From Candidatus Omnitrophota bacterium (GTDB lineage: Bacteria > Omnitrophota > Gorgyraeia > Gygaellales > Profunditerraquicolaceae), in the NCBI GenBank assembly GCA_026387255.1, contig JAPLMA010000060.1, positions 465-64,464 on the forward strand: 64,000 bases of DNA, given 5' to 3'. The notes under the pieces are model-generated. The model was not told where the DNA came from. It did not search any database and worked only from the letters and a program-made list of their open reading frames with translations. This document shows positions 50,205-60,398 of the stretch, one piece after another. The stretch's first letter is position 1; each line of letters opens with the position of its first letter. Both the position numbers and the translations under genes were made by a program.

Positions 50205-53200
50205 TTATTTGAGGAATATGTCAATCTTTTCAACTTGGCGCGATCTTACTTTTTCGGCTAGAAAAGGTGGAATAGTTGCAGAATTAATTTCTGTTGGGCA
50301 GTGATCTTCGAAAATTACAATTTTAGCTATTTTTACTGCGTTCCTGCCAAAAGTATTTTTTCTCTCAGGATTATAATATGTCACAAGAATACGGCTCAAG
50401 AAATTAAATGAATATTTACCATTTTTAGTAAACATCCATCCGGCTAAATTCGGTTTAAACTCTAAATTTAGCTTGCCATGATTATCTAAAACAAACGGAT
50501 TAATGCCAATATTCATGACTAACCAGATATGCAAGAATTCTGCGGTTGATCCAGAGAGCCGAGCGACAAAACCATTTCCATGTAGATTTTTGTCTATAAA
50601 AGCACTACTAACTAGGAATGAAGAGTTCTCCAGTATACTGCGGCCGTATCTTTGTGGGTTTTGAAAAGGGATAAGCACGTTTTTAAATTCTGCATAGAAC
50701 TCTTCGATTAAGCCGGTTTTTAATAACTCTAAAATATATTTATACTCCATATGCAGCCAGATAGATTCATTTTCTAACCATCCAGGGGTAAATACCCGGC
50801 ATCTGCCTATTTCTTCCGGCATACTGTTAAGTGAAGCAGTTACCTTATACATCTTTAGTTTTTTATCAAAAAGCTCACTTTTCTTGGTTGCCTGGTAAAG
50901 TTGAGCAGCTTGTTTTAATTCTTGTGATAACCTTAAGGCGTGCATCTGTCCCGCTAAGAATAGAGGAGCAGGCCTTTGAGTAAACTTCTTAGGCTTTATA
51001 TAATGATCTTTTACTAAATCATATTGGGTAACTTCATTAATAAAATATGAGTAGTATACGCCTTGGGCTTGATTAAAAGCCTTAGCTAAACCGGCTTCAA
51101 CCTTTTTTAAAGCTGCATCTAAAAAAGAAGTTAGATCAGTAATCGGAATATTTATTGAATTCCCAGAGAAGCCTAAGCGCGTATTATGCCGATATTCTTC
51201 TTTGGCGTTGTTACTTCTATCCCAATAACTAAAAGTTTCTTCCGCGAATAGATTAGCCAATTCTTTGATAAATTTAGCTACTTCTTCAGCAATCTCGATC
51301 TGATTAGCTTGAGAGTTCTCTAAAGCTCTTCTTATCATTTTTAACAAACGTTTTAATTCAAACGTTTCGCAACTTGATGAACCAAAAAGAGCAGGTAAAC
51401 CATTAAGCGAATCAAACCAGTTAGGTTTATTCGCCTCCATTTCAATACCCACGCCAAAAGGATCCAGTGAACCCAGTTTATTTGCTGCTAAACACAAAAG
51501 TTTAGCCATTAAAGTAGTATAATAAATTTCACCAGATCCATATAGTGTGCGTAGAAGGTGGGGATTATTTAAACGTTTAGCTAAGAGCTCCTTTTTTTCA
51601 GCATCCGCGATGAGAGAGTGTAACTGCCGAGGCTTGCCATTGTAAAGAAGGTATTTTTCACTACGCGGCCTGACTAATTCAATATTATCGTAAAAAGAGA
51701 AAACCTTTTTGTCAAAGAAAAGCTCGTGGAGTTTTTCTGGGTAAAGATCAAGATAACGCTCAATTAAATCTAAGTTATAAGTCCAGTGGTCCGTCCAAAA
51801 TCCTTCGGCATGTTCAGCTTCTTGAGATTTCGCCGAAGAGGTAAGGATAATATCCAGAAGCTCATCATAAGGGGCTTGGACTGTAATTTTATTTTCTTCA
51901 ATAAAAAAGATAAGCTCACCAGGGGTAAAAGGTTTTTTAAAAAAATGCCCAAGCTTCTCGATGGCTTCTTTTTTAAGCATCCCACCTAAGAGCTTAATTA
52001 AGTCAGCGTTATTATTTAAAAGAAAGTTTTCGCCTTTAATTACCAGTGGATTAAAACCATCGGACTGGATTAAGTTCATAAAGAAAACTATATTTTCATC
52101 TTTAATCTCCGGATTAAACCAAACATCATTACGTCGATTTTGGTTGGTATCCCTGTAGTTACCGTTACCTTGAGAGAAATACGTAGGAGCTAATACAAAT
52201 TTATTGTAATCTCTTTCCAAATCACCGTGTTTACGGGAATAGAGATAAAAAACAGTTTTAGCGGATTCATCTTTCCCCGCCTCTGGCGGGATCCCGCCAG
52301 AGGGTTTAAGAGATGGGCGGGAAAAAACTTCTGGATAGCCACCGCGCATAATGTTATCTAAATAAGTTTGGCTAGTATAACAGTCCAATGCTTTGGAACT
52401 GCTGGTAGTAGCGATATCATTTTTAAGTTTAGCGATAAGCTCATTGTTTTGGGCAAACTTTTTCTGGATATAACCGAATTTCGTAATCTTCTTGACCGAT
52501 TGATTTAAAGTCTTACTATCACGAGCTTGGCCGATTACCGAATAAAAAGTTTGTGCAGTTCGTGGGAGTAGTTTTAAATTTAATAGCAGTAATGCACTGG
52601 GAGTTTTGCTTCTGGTTATCTGTAAAGAAGGATAAGTAAAATTACTCTTTGCTAGGAATAAAGAGGGGTAAGAAAAATCAGTGACTGCGCCAAAAACAGT
52701 CTCTGGATCTACAATCGGCCGGATGAGTTTTGTGGTTGTGCCGTTAAAATTGAAACTTAGATAAAAATTGCCTCCATCAATATGCACAACTTCCGGCCGA
52801 TCAATTGGATCAACTTCCAATTTATAGAAGGGGATATCGTTATCTAGGTTATCAATACTCATCCAGGCCTCAATAGTGCGGCCAAGTTTTTTTAAGAAAA
52901 AATTATGGGTACCAAAAGGGACAATCTGAGGTAGGCCATCAATAAGCTGTATGTCTTTTAGCTTATTACCGGTATTCTCAATACTTACTGTGCGGCTCAA
53001 ACCAGCATAGGTATCATTAGGAATATTAAAATATTCAATCCTTATTTTTATCCCTAATGTAAAATTTTGTTCCTCTAGGATCAGCGCGCTTGAGCTCATG
53101 CGCATAGAATTAAGTGTATGGTATTTTAAGTTAGTGTAACCATTATGAAATGGCTCATAGTAGATGGAGGTATCTGGAGATTTTATTTTTATAAAAGTAC

Positions 53201-53462
53201 GAAAACCATGACTACCGACAAACTGCCAGGCTTTATTCGCGGGAAAAAATTCTAAAATAGCATGGTCTTTATCCTTGATACCAAAACTAGAAATACACTG
53301 GCCACGATTAACGTAGAAAACCCACATGGGAATCCCGTATTTACCAGCAATGCCGGGGAAAAAATTAGCAAAAGGCTTAGCGTAATTATAATTCTCAATT
53401 ACAAATTCACCTTGTTGATTTAAATAATATTTGGCTTTCAATTGATTAGTTTTTGTTTTCAT
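50205..53462 (-). CDS. Large (1085 aa) putative glycan phosphorylase / (alpha/alpha)6-barrel glycoside hydrolase-like protein (GH94/GH36-superfamily-like)
   Basis: Size and a GNYRDTNQN motif reminiscent of the RDxxQD region of cellobiose-phosphorylase-type enzymes. The assignment is tentative. Confidence 0.35.
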   Translation of the reverse strand: MKTKTNQLKAKYYLNQQGEFVIENYNYAKPFANFFPGIAGKYGIPMWVFYVNRGQCISSFGIKDKDHAILEFFPANKAWQFVGSHGFRTFIKIKSPDTSIYYEPFHNGYTNLKYHTLNSMRMSSSALILEEQNFTLGIKIRIEYFNIPNDTYAGLSRTVSIENTGNKLKDIQLIDGLPQIVPFGTHNFFLKKLGRTIEAWMSIDNLDNDIPFYKLEVDPIDRPEVVHIDGGNFYLSFNFNGTTTKLIRPIVDPETVFGAVTDFSYPSLFLAKSNFTYPSLQITRSKTPSALLLLNLKLLPRTAQTFYSVIGQARDSKTLNQSVKKITKFGYIQKKFAQNNELIAKLKNDIATTSSSKALDCYTSQTYLDNIMRGGYPEVFSRPSLKPSGGIPPEAGKDESAKTVFYLYSRKHGDLERDYNKFVLAPTYFSQGNGNYRDTNQNRRNDVWFNPEIKDENIVFFMNLIQSDGFNPLVIKGENFLLNNNADLIKLLGGMLKKEAIEKLGHFFKKPFTPGELIFFIEENKITVQAPYDELLDIILTSSAKSQEAEHAEGFWTDHWTYNLDLIERYLDLYPEKLHELFFDKKVFSFYDNIELVRPRSEKYLLYNGKPRQLHSLIADAEKKELLAKRLNNPHLLRTLYGSGEIYYTTLMAKLLCLAANKLGSLDPFGVGIEMEANKPNWFDSLNGLPALFGSSSCETFELKRLLKMIRRALENSQANQIEIAEEVAKFIKELANLFAEETFSYWDRSNNAKEEYRHNTRLGFSGNSINIPITDLTSFLDAALKKVEAGLAKAFNQAQGVYYSYFINEVTQYDLVKDHYIKPKKFTQRPAPLFLAGQMHALRLSQELKQAAQLYQATKKSELFDKKLKMYKVTASLNSMPEEIGRCRVFTPGWLENESIWLHMEYKYILELLKTGLIEEFYAEFKNVLIPFQNPQRYGRSILENSSFLVSSAFIDKNLHGNGFVARLSGSTAEFLHIWLVMNIGINPFVLDNHGKLNLEFKPNLAGWMFTKNGKYSFNFLSRILVTYYNPERKNTFGRNAVKIAKIVIFEDHCPTEINSATIPPFLAEKVRSRQVEKIDIFLK

Positions 53463-53484
53463 TTAAATTAAGTTAATTATCAGT

Positions 53485-53512
53485 ATTTTACACATTTTCC
53501 TGGGCTTGTCAA
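53485..53512 (-). promoter_or_regulatory. Minus-strand promoter TTGACA, 16 nt, TAAAAT for the 1085-aa gene
   Basis: Hexamers read on the reverse complement. Confidence 0.5.
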
Positions 53513-53572
53513 CTTAATATGTTACGGCTTAAATTACAGCTAAACACATCGCAAATAGCAGCTAAACACATC

Positions 53573-53600
53573 GTAGGGGTCAGGCATGCCTGACCCCTAC
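53573..53600. repeat. 28-nt perfect palindrome gtaggggtcaggcatgcctgacccctac (REP-like element, intergenic copy)
   Basis: Seen directly. It is preceded by a direct repeat cagctaaacacatcg present twice (53537-53551 and 53559-53573). Confidence 0.85.
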
Positions 53601-53634
53601 AGGGATAATTCCATCCCCTTAGCCTAAGCGCTTA

Positions 53635-53663
53635 TTGACTTTTAAGAGAAAGTTTGTTAAAAT
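53635..53663 (+). promoter_or_regulatory. Promoter TTGACT, 17 nt, TAAAAT for gatCAB
   Basis: Read directly. Confidence 0.5.
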
Positions 53664-53684
53664 ATTTATTAATTTGGAGGAACA

Positions 53685-53972
53685 ATGTCAATCGATAAAG
53701 AAACAATCAGGCATGTTGCGCATTTAGCGCGTATCGAGTTGCAGCCTAATGAGTTAGAAAAATTGTTCGGAGAATTGCATGAGATATTAGGTTTTATTGA
53801 TAAACTTAGCATTTTAAATGTAGAACAGATTAAGCCTACCAGTCATATTTTACCCATCAGTAACGTGTTGCGGGAAGATGAGCTTCATGTTTCTTTGAAT
53901 TCGGATAAAGCTTTGGAAAATGCCCCGAGTAAAAAGGGAAACTTTTTCAGTGTCCCAAAAATAATAGAATAA
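53685..53972 (+). CDS. gatC: Glu-tRNA(Gln) amidotransferase subunit C
   Basis: 95 aa with an N-terminal VAHLARIEL motif, sitting before gatA. Confidence 0.9.
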   Translation: MSIDKETIRHVAHLARIELQPNELEKLFGELHEILGFIDKLSILNVEQIKPTSHILPISNVLREDELHVSLNSDKALENAPSKKGNFFSVPKIIE

Positions 53973-53974
53973 TT

Positions 53975-55432
53975 ATGGAATTAAATCAACTCACTGCTCA
54001 CGAACTATTGGAAAAACTTAAGGCCCAGCAGACGACTCCTGAGGCCATTCTGGACTCGCTTTATGCGCGTATACAGAAAATCGAACCTCAGGTTAAGGCG
54101 TATGTTAGAGGGCAGGCATGCCTGCCCTCTACATCATCACAGGCAGACCTGCCTTCTGTAGGGGACAGGCATGCCTGTCCCCTACGGGGGTTACCGATTA
54201 CGATCAAAGATAATATCTGTACTGAAGGATTACCTACTGAATGTTGTTCAAAAATCCTCCAGGGTTTTCGTCCACCGTATGATGCTACGGTAATTGATAA
54301 ATTAAAAAAAAGTGGTGCCGTAATTTTTCCCTTAAAAGCTAACATGGATGAATTTGCTTTTGGTTCATCTACAGAAAATTCCTATTTTGGGCCAACGCGT
54401 AATCCCTGGAATCTAGATTATGTTCCCGGGGGTTCTTCTGGAGGATCTGCTGCTGCCGTAGCTAGCGATGAAGCGATTTGGGCTTTAGGAAGCGATACCG
54501 GCGGTTCAATACGCCAGCCAGCATCTTTTTGCGGAGTGGTCGGATTAAAACCGACTTATGGACGTGTTTCGCGTTTTGGACTCATTGCTTTTGCTTCCAG
54601 CCTTGACCAGATTGGGCCGATCACTAAGGATGTCCAAGATGCGGCAATTTTAACTGGGCTGATCAGCGGATATGATCCTGGGGATTCAACTTCAGTAAAT
54701 CAGGATGTTCCAGATTACACTAAAAGCTTAACCGGCGATATCAAGAATTTAAAGATTGGGATACCTAAAGAGTACTTTATTGCGGGGATGGACGAGGAAG
54801 TTAAAACGATTATCCAAGAGGCGGTAAATAAACTTAAAGATTTAGGCGCACTTGCTAATTCGGTATCCTTGCCGCATACAGAATACGCTGTACCGGTTTA
54901 CTACATTATCGCTACGGCTGAAGCCAGCTCAAATTTAGCCCGGTTTGACGGAGTACAATATGGATATCGGGCGAGTTCGGATAATTTAATCCAAATGTAT
55001 AAATTAACTCGCGCGCAAGGTTTCGGCCAAGAAGCTAAACGTAGGATCATCTTAGGAACTTTTGTTCTATCGCATGGATATTATGACGCGTATTATTTAC
55101 GCGCTTTAAAGGTGCGCACACTGATTAAGCAGGATTTTGATAAAGTTTTTGGCGAATTTGATTGTATCGTTGCTCCAACCTCTCCCACCAGTGCCTTTAA
55201 AATTGGCGAAAGGGCCCAGGATCCGCTCTCGATGTATCTTTCTGATATCTATACGATATCCGCAAATTTGGCGGGGATACCGGCGATATCTATTCCTTGC
55301 GGTTTTACAAAAAAAGGTTTGCCCGTCGGTTTACAGATTATGGCTAAACCGTTTAATGAAGCGATGCTTTTTAGAGTAGCGCATACCTTTGAACAAAATA
55401 CAGATTGGCATAAATTTAAAACCAAACTATGA
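53975..55432 (+). CDS. gatA: Glu-tRNA(Gln) amidotransferase subunit A
   Basis: Amidase signature GGSSGGSAAAVA and GSDTGGSIRQPA; 485 aa. Confidence 0.95.
   Translation: MELNQLTAHELLEKLKAQQTTPEAILDSLYARIQKIEPQVKAYVRGQACLPSTSSQADLPSVGDRHACPLRGLPITIKDNICTEGLPTECCSKILQGFRPPYDATVIDKLKKSGAVIFPLKANMDEFAFGSSTENSYFGPTRNPWNLDYVPGGSSGGSAAAVASDEAIWALGSDTGGSIRQPASFCGVVGLKPTYGRVSRFGLIAFASSLDQIGPITKDVQDAAILTGLISGYDPGDSTSVNQDVPDYTKSLTGDIKNLKIGIPKEYFIAGMDEEVKTIIQEAVNKLKDLGALANSVSLPHTEYAVPVYYIIATAEASSNLARFDGVQYGYRASSDNLIQMYKLTRAQGFGQEAKRRIILGTFVLSHGYYDAYYLRALKVRTLIKQDFDKVFGEFDCIVAPTSPTSAFKIGERAQDPLSMYLSDIYTISANLAGIPAISIPCGFTKKGLPVGLQIMAKPFNEAMLFRVAHTFEQNTDWHKFKTKL
54107..54185 (+). repeat. Two perfect palindromes (24 nt at 54107-54130 and 28 nt at 54158-54185) inside gatA, translated in-frame
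   Basis: agagggcaggcatgcctgccctct and gtaggggacaggcatgcctgtcccctac, the same family as 53573-53600. They encode ...RGQACLPSTSSQADLPSVGDRHACPLRG... Confidence 0.85.
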
Positions 55433-56856
55433 AATATCAAACCGTTATCGGCCTAGAAGTTCATCTGCAGCTCAATACTAAAACTAAAGCATTTTGTGGT
55501 TGCTCGACGGATTTCGGAAAAGCCCCTAATTCTAATGTTTGTCCGGTCTGCCTGGGGTTTCCCGGTTCACTGCCAGTTTATAATCGGCAGGCTCTAAATT
55601 CTGCGATTAAGTTAGCTTTGGCTTTTAACTGTCAAATTCAAGAACATACTAAATTTGATCGTAAAAATTATTTTTATCCGGATTTGCCAAAAAATTACCA
55701 GATTTCACAATTTGATTTACCATTATCGCGAAACGGATATCTGGATATTTATACTCAAAACTTACCTAAGCGTATCGGGATTACCCGGGTGCATTTAGAG
55801 GAAGATGCTGGTAAGCTCATTCACGAAACAGGGTGTAGCCTAGTAGATTTTAATCGTACCGGAATTCCCCTCCTGGAAATTGTCAGCGAGCCGGATTTAA
55901 ACAGCCCGAGCGAGGCCTTTGATTACCTAAATAGTTTAAAAAGTATTATTGAATATCTAGATGTATCAGATTGCGATATGGAGAAAGGTTCTTTGCGTTG
56001 TGATGCCAATATTTCTTTACGGCTTTTAGGGGCTAAAGAACTAGGCGTTAAAACCGAACTAAAAAATATGAATTCTTTTAAAGGGGTAAAAGATGCTTTA
56101 ACTTTTGAGGTAGAGCGCCAAACCCAACTCTTGGAAACAAACCAAGAGCTGGTTCAAGAGACCCGGCTTTGGGATGTAGAAAAGGCAGTGACGGTAGTAA
56201 TGCGCACCAAAGAAGGGGCAAAAGATTATCGATATTTTCCGGATCCGGATTTAACCGTTTTTATTATTGAGGAATCCATGATTGCTCAGATAAAAGCGCA
56301 GTTACCAGAGCTACCTCAGGAAAAAATGCGACGTTTCGTTAAAGAGTACGGATTAACGGAATATGATGCAAAGATTTTAGTGAGCTCTAAAAATGATGCG
56401 CAGTTTGCCGAAAATTGTATTCAGAATTACCCGGGTGAAGATAAGAAAGAAATAGTTAATTGGTTAATTGGCCCGTTATTATCCGAAGCTAATTTACGAA
56501 AAGTAAAATTACATGCGTTAAATCTTAATACAAATGAATTGATTAGCTTGATTGGTTTTGTGCAACGACAGGAAATTTCCTATCTTTGCGCTAAGAACGT
56601 ATTAAGCCAGTTGATTGATACTGGCAAAACTACGCAAGATTTAATTCAGGAAGGTAATTTGCAACAGATATCTAATGCTGATGCACTGTCTGAAGTAATT
56701 GAAACAGTTATCCATGAAAATGCAAAATCGGTGAGTGATTTTAAAGCGGGCAAGACTAACGCACTAATGTATCTGGTTGGACAGGTAATGAAGAAAAGTT
56801 CTGGCAAAGCTAATCCTAAAGTGGTCGGAGATTTAGTAAGGCGGAGGCTGAGTTAA
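55429..56856 (+). CDS. gatB: Glu-tRNA(Gln) amidotransferase subunit B
   Basis: GLEVHLQL N-terminus and a GatB/YqeY C-terminal domain. Confidence 0.95.
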   Translation: MKYQTVIGLEVHLQLNTKTKAFCGCSTDFGKAPNSNVCPVCLGFPGSLPVYNRQALNSAIKLALAFNCQIQEHTKFDRKNYFYPDLPKNYQISQFDLPLSRNGYLDIYTQNLPKRIGITRVHLEEDAGKLIHETGCSLVDFNRTGIPLLEIVSEPDLNSPSEAFDYLNSLKSIIEYLDVSDCDMEKGSLRCDANISLRLLGAKELGVKTELKNMNSFKGVKDALTFEVERQTQLLETNQELVQETRLWDVEKAVTVVMRTKEGAKDYRYFPDPDLTVFIIEESMIAQIKAQLPELPQEKMRRFVKEYGLTEYDAKILVSSKNDAQFAENCIQNYPGEDKKEIVNWLIGPLLSEANLRKVKLHALNLNTNELISLIGFVQRQEISYLCAKNVLSQLIDTGKTTQDLIQEGNLQQISNADALSEVIETVIHENAKSVSDFKAGKTNALMYLVGQVMKKSSGKANPKVVGDLVRRRLS

Positions 56857-58130
56857 TGCGTAAAAAAATATTTTTTATTTCGTTATTCATTGTGTTTGCA
56901 TGTATCGGTGTCCGGTTGGGTTTTTCCGAAAATAAAAAGAAGACCAACGATGAATTGTATAAGCAGATTGAGATATTCTCCGCTACCCTGGCAATTATCC
57001 AAAAAGAATATGTGCTTGATACAAAAACTAAAGATTTAATCTATGGGGCATTAAAAGGCATGCTGGCTTCACTTGATGCGCATAGTCAGTTTATGGATCC
57101 GGAAACCTATGAGGAATTAAAAGTAAATACTCAGGGTAAGTTCGGCGGCCTGGGCATTGAAATTACGATTAAAGATGGTTTGTTAACCGTGATTACGCCA
57201 ATCCAAGATACACCGGCCTGGAAAGCAGGGATCAAAGCCAATGATCATATTGTGAAAATTAATGATTCGCTTACCCGCGAGATGCCTCTTACTGATGCGG
57301 TTAAAAAAATGCGGGGTAAGCCTGGTGAAGCCGTTAATCTTACCATCTTAAGGGATACGGAAAAAAAACTCTTAGATTTTAGAATCACTAGAGAGATGAT
57401 CAAGATTACCGATATAAAATATGTGCGTATTCTGGAAAATGGAATTGGCTATATTCGGTTAAGTGAATTTCGTGAAAATACCTTCCTGGAATTAAATAAC
57501 GCACTAGGTATTCTTTCTAAACAAGGAATGAAAGCATTGATTATCGATTTGCGTAATAATCCTGGCGGACTCCTGGATGTTGCGGTCAAGGTAACCGGAA
57601 AGTTCTTGGGGCCGAATAAACTGATTGCCTATACGGCGGGCAGGCACAAAGATCAAAATTTGAAATTTTTCTCCGAAGCTAAAAATACAAACTTAGAGTT
57701 GCCACTAGCGATTTTGATTAATGAAGGCTCGGCTTCCGGAAGCGAGATTGTTGCCGGAGCTTTGCAGGATTATAAACGTGCCATAATTATCGGGAAGAAG
57801 TCTTTTGGTAAAGGTTCTGTGCAAACAGTTATTCCCCTGGAGGATGGGGCAGCTTTGCGTTTAACAACCAGCCATTATTTTACTCCATCCGGTAAGATAA
57901 TCCAAGGTAACGGGGTTACTCCGGATATCCTAGTAGAAGAGAATAAACTCCCAAATATCCAGGCTGACCAAGTAACAAACAAAAAATCTGATGAGATATT
58001 TGACCAAATCCAGAATGATCAGCCAGTTAATAAATCAGCAAAAGATACCTTTGACTATAAAGCCGATACGCAACTTATGCGCGCCGTAGATTCTTTAATC
58101 GCAATTCAAATATATAAACAAGTCAAGTAA
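56856..58130 (+). CDS. ctpA: Carboxyl-terminal processing protease (S41)
   Basis: PDZ domain and an S41 catalytic region (GSASGSEI, KSFGKGSVQ). Confidence 0.85.
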   Translation: MRKKIFFISLFIVFACIGVRLGFSENKKKTNDELYKQIEIFSATLAIIQKEYVLDTKTKDLIYGALKGMLASLDAHSQFMDPETYEELKVNTQGKFGGLGIEITIKDGLLTVITPIQDTPAWKAGIKANDHIVKINDSLTREMPLTDAVKKMRGKPGEAVNLTILRDTEKKLLDFRITREMIKITDIKYVRILENGIGYIRLSEFRENTFLELNNALGILSKQGMKALIIDLRNNPGGLLDVAVKVTGKFLGPNKLIAYTAGRHKDQNLKFFSEAKNTNLELPLAILINEGSASGSEIVAGALQDYKRAIIIGKKSFGKGSVQTVIPLEDGAALRLTTSHYFTPSGKIIQGNGVTPDILVEENKLPNIQADQVTNKKSDEIFDQIQNDQPVNKSAKDTFDYKADTQLMRAVDSLIAIQIYKQVK

Positions 58131-58170
58131 TTCAAATATTAATAAATATTCTTAAACTTTTAATAGATAA

Positions 58171-58941
58171 ATGAAAAACAAAACAAGTACGATCCTGATG
58201 ATTATTTTATTTTTGCTTGTATTTATTGCGCTCATTCTGATTCCGCTGCATAAAAAAGTACCCGTCAAAAAACCACCACTAGTGCGTGGACGAATTGCTA
58301 TTGTAATTGATGATTGGGGGTATAGCTTAAATAATCTTTTGATTATTGAGCAAATAAAACAACCCTTAACTTGCGCGATTTTACCCAACTTGAAAAACTC
58401 AAATCCGGTTATGCAAAAATTAAATAATTTAGGTTTTGAAATAATTTTACATTTACCGATGGAGCCAAAAGAAAAATATAATTTAGAGAACAATACGATT
58501 ACTTCCGGGATGGATGCTGAGGCAATCGATAAAATTTTTGCCAAAGACCTATTAAACATTACACTTGCTAAAGGCATATCAAATCATATGGGTTCGCGGA
58601 TTACTGAAAACATAAAATCCAGTACTCTGGTGATGATAGAAGCAAAAAAACGCAAACTATACTTTTTCGATAGTTTTGTAACTAAACAATCTGTCTGCCC
58701 TGCTTTAGCTAGTAAAATAAATATTAGATTTGCCAAAAGGGATGTGTTTTTGGATAATCAGAATGATTTTGAATACATAAAAAAACAACTGACAATATTA
58801 AAGAATTTGGCCAGAAAAAAAGGTACCGCCATCGGCATCGGACATGACCGTAAAAATACCTTACTTGTATTGAAGGAAATGCTCGGGCAGTTAGAGAAAG
58901 AGGGTTATAAATTTGTTTTTCTTTCACAGGTGGTACGATGA
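58171..58941 (+). CDS. Divergent polysaccharide deacetylase family protein (YibQ-like)
   Basis: Single N-terminal TM plus IAIVIDDWGYS..HLPMEP..NHMGS motifs. Confidence 0.6.
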   Translation: MKNKTSTILMIILFLLVFIALILIPLHKKVPVKKPPLVRGRIAIVIDDWGYSLNNLLIIEQIKQPLTCAILPNLKNSNPVMQKLNNLGFEIILHLPMEPKEKYNLENNTITSGMDAEAIDKIFAKDLLNITLAKGISNHMGSRITENIKSSTLVMIEAKKRKLYFFDSFVTKQSVCPALASKINIRFAKRDVFLDNQNDFEYIKKQLTILKNLARKKGTAIGIGHDRKNTLLVLKEMLGQLEKEGYKFVFLSQVVR

Positions 58942-59912
58942 TTGTTTTAGGAATTGAGAGCTCTTGCGATGAAACCGGGGTGGCCATTGTTAAGGATGGA
59001 AAAAAGGTTTTAGCTAATCTTGTGGCTTCCAGCCTAAAACTGCATCGACGCCATGGCGGAGTGATTCCGGAGATTGCCTCGCGTATGCAATTGGAAAGTA
59101 TTGCTGGTATATTTACTAAGGCAATGCGCTGCGCTAAAATAAAACCTGAACAGATCGATTTGGTTGCGGTGACCACCCATCCCGGCTTGCCTGGGTCACT
59201 GATGGTAGGCATCGCTTTTGCCAAAGCACTGGCTTTAAGTTTAGGCAAGCCAATACTGGGAGTTAATCATATTTATAGCCATGTTTATGCCAATCTTCTT
59301 TGTCATGGTAAGATTAAGTTGCCAGTGATAGCCTTAGTTGTTTCCGGAGGACACACCTCTCTTTTGCATATAAAAGATTTTTCTAAAATTCAAATATTGG
59401 GGCAAACTCGAGATGACGCCTGCGGAGAGGCTTTTGATAAGGTGGCCAAGCTTATGGGCCTGGGTTATCCGGGAGGGCCTTTAATTGAAAAAATGGCTAA
59501 AGGAGGAAATAAGCATAAAATTAAATTTGCTTGTTGGGAAATGAATTCACAACTGGATTTTAGTTTTAGCGGTATAAAAACTGCGGTTTTATATTATTTA
59601 AAGGATAAAAAATCTGGCATTAAATTAAAAAAAGACCTGGCGGCTTCTTTTCAGGAAAGCGCCATAAATGTTTTAGTAAAAAAATCTTTACTCGCCTGTA
59701 AACGGAAAAACGTTAGGAATCTTTTAATCGGGGGAGGAGTAGCGGCTAACAGCTGTTTGCGTCAAAAATTCATGGCCAGCGCTAAAGCTGCAGGAATTAA
59801 CTGTTTTTTCCCGAATATCGATCTCTGTATGGATAATGCTGCGATGATTGCTGGTTTTGGAGGCTGTCTTTATAAGCGCGGAGCAAGAAGTGACCTTTAT
59901 TTAAATATGTAA
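58938..59912 (+). CDS. tsaD: tRNA N6-threonylcarbamoyladenosine synthase TsaD
   Basis: ILGIESSCDETGVAI and HxxxH..GG motifs of Kae1/TsaD. Confidence 0.9.
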   Translation: MIVLGIESSCDETGVAIVKDGKKVLANLVASSLKLHRRHGGVIPEIASRMQLESIAGIFTKAMRCAKIKPEQIDLVAVTTHPGLPGSLMVGIAFAKALALSLGKPILGVNHIYSHVYANLLCHGKIKLPVIALVVSGGHTSLLHIKDFSKIQILGQTRDDACGEAFDKVAKLMGLGYPGGPLIEKMAKGGNKHKIKFACWEMNSQLDFSFSGIKTAVLYYLKDKKSGIKLKKDLAASFQESAINVLVKKSLLACKRKNVRNLLIGGGVAANSCLRQKFMASAKAAGINCFFPNIDLCMDNAAMIAGFGGCLYKRGARSDLYLNM

Positions 59913-59951
59913 TTAGTTAATGCTGATAAACCCTTTTAAAAAGGAGGACTT

Positions 59952-60398
59952 ATGCCTACGGATTTACAGATGATCATACGTTTATTGTTAACTTTAGTTT
60001 TAAGCGGCTTAATTGGCCTGGAAAGGCAGGTACACCGCAGAGATGCCGGCCTACGTACACATATATTAGTCGCTTTGGGTAGTTGCCTTATCATGTTGAC
60101 ATCTTTATATGTTTTTGATATATATAAAGATCAGGTGGCCTTAGATCCCGTGCGTATTGCGGCCGGAGTAGTTACGGGTATTGGTTTTCTTGGCGCCGGT
60201 ACAATCATTCGGGAATCTGATGGAGTGCGGGGCTTAACTACAGCCGCTAGCCTCTGGGTGGTTGCGGGGATTGGTTTAGCGGTGGGAGTGGGTTTCAATA
60301 AAATTGCAATTTATACCACGATTCTGGTTTTAATTGTTTTACATTTTTTACGTTATGTAGAAGCGCCACTTTCAAAGGAGGGTAAACATGGCCTTTAA
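59952..60398 (+). CDS. MgtC/SapB-family membrane protein
   Basis: 148 aa with four TM helices and the MgtC N-domain pattern. Confidence 0.65.
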   Translation: MPTDLQMIIRLLLTLVLSGLIGLERQVHRRDAGLRTHILVALGSCLIMLTSLYVFDIYKDQVALDPVRIAAGVVTGIGFLGAGTIIRESDGVRGLTTAASLWVVAGIGLAVGVGFNKIAIYTTILVLIVLHFLRYVEAPLSKEGKHGL

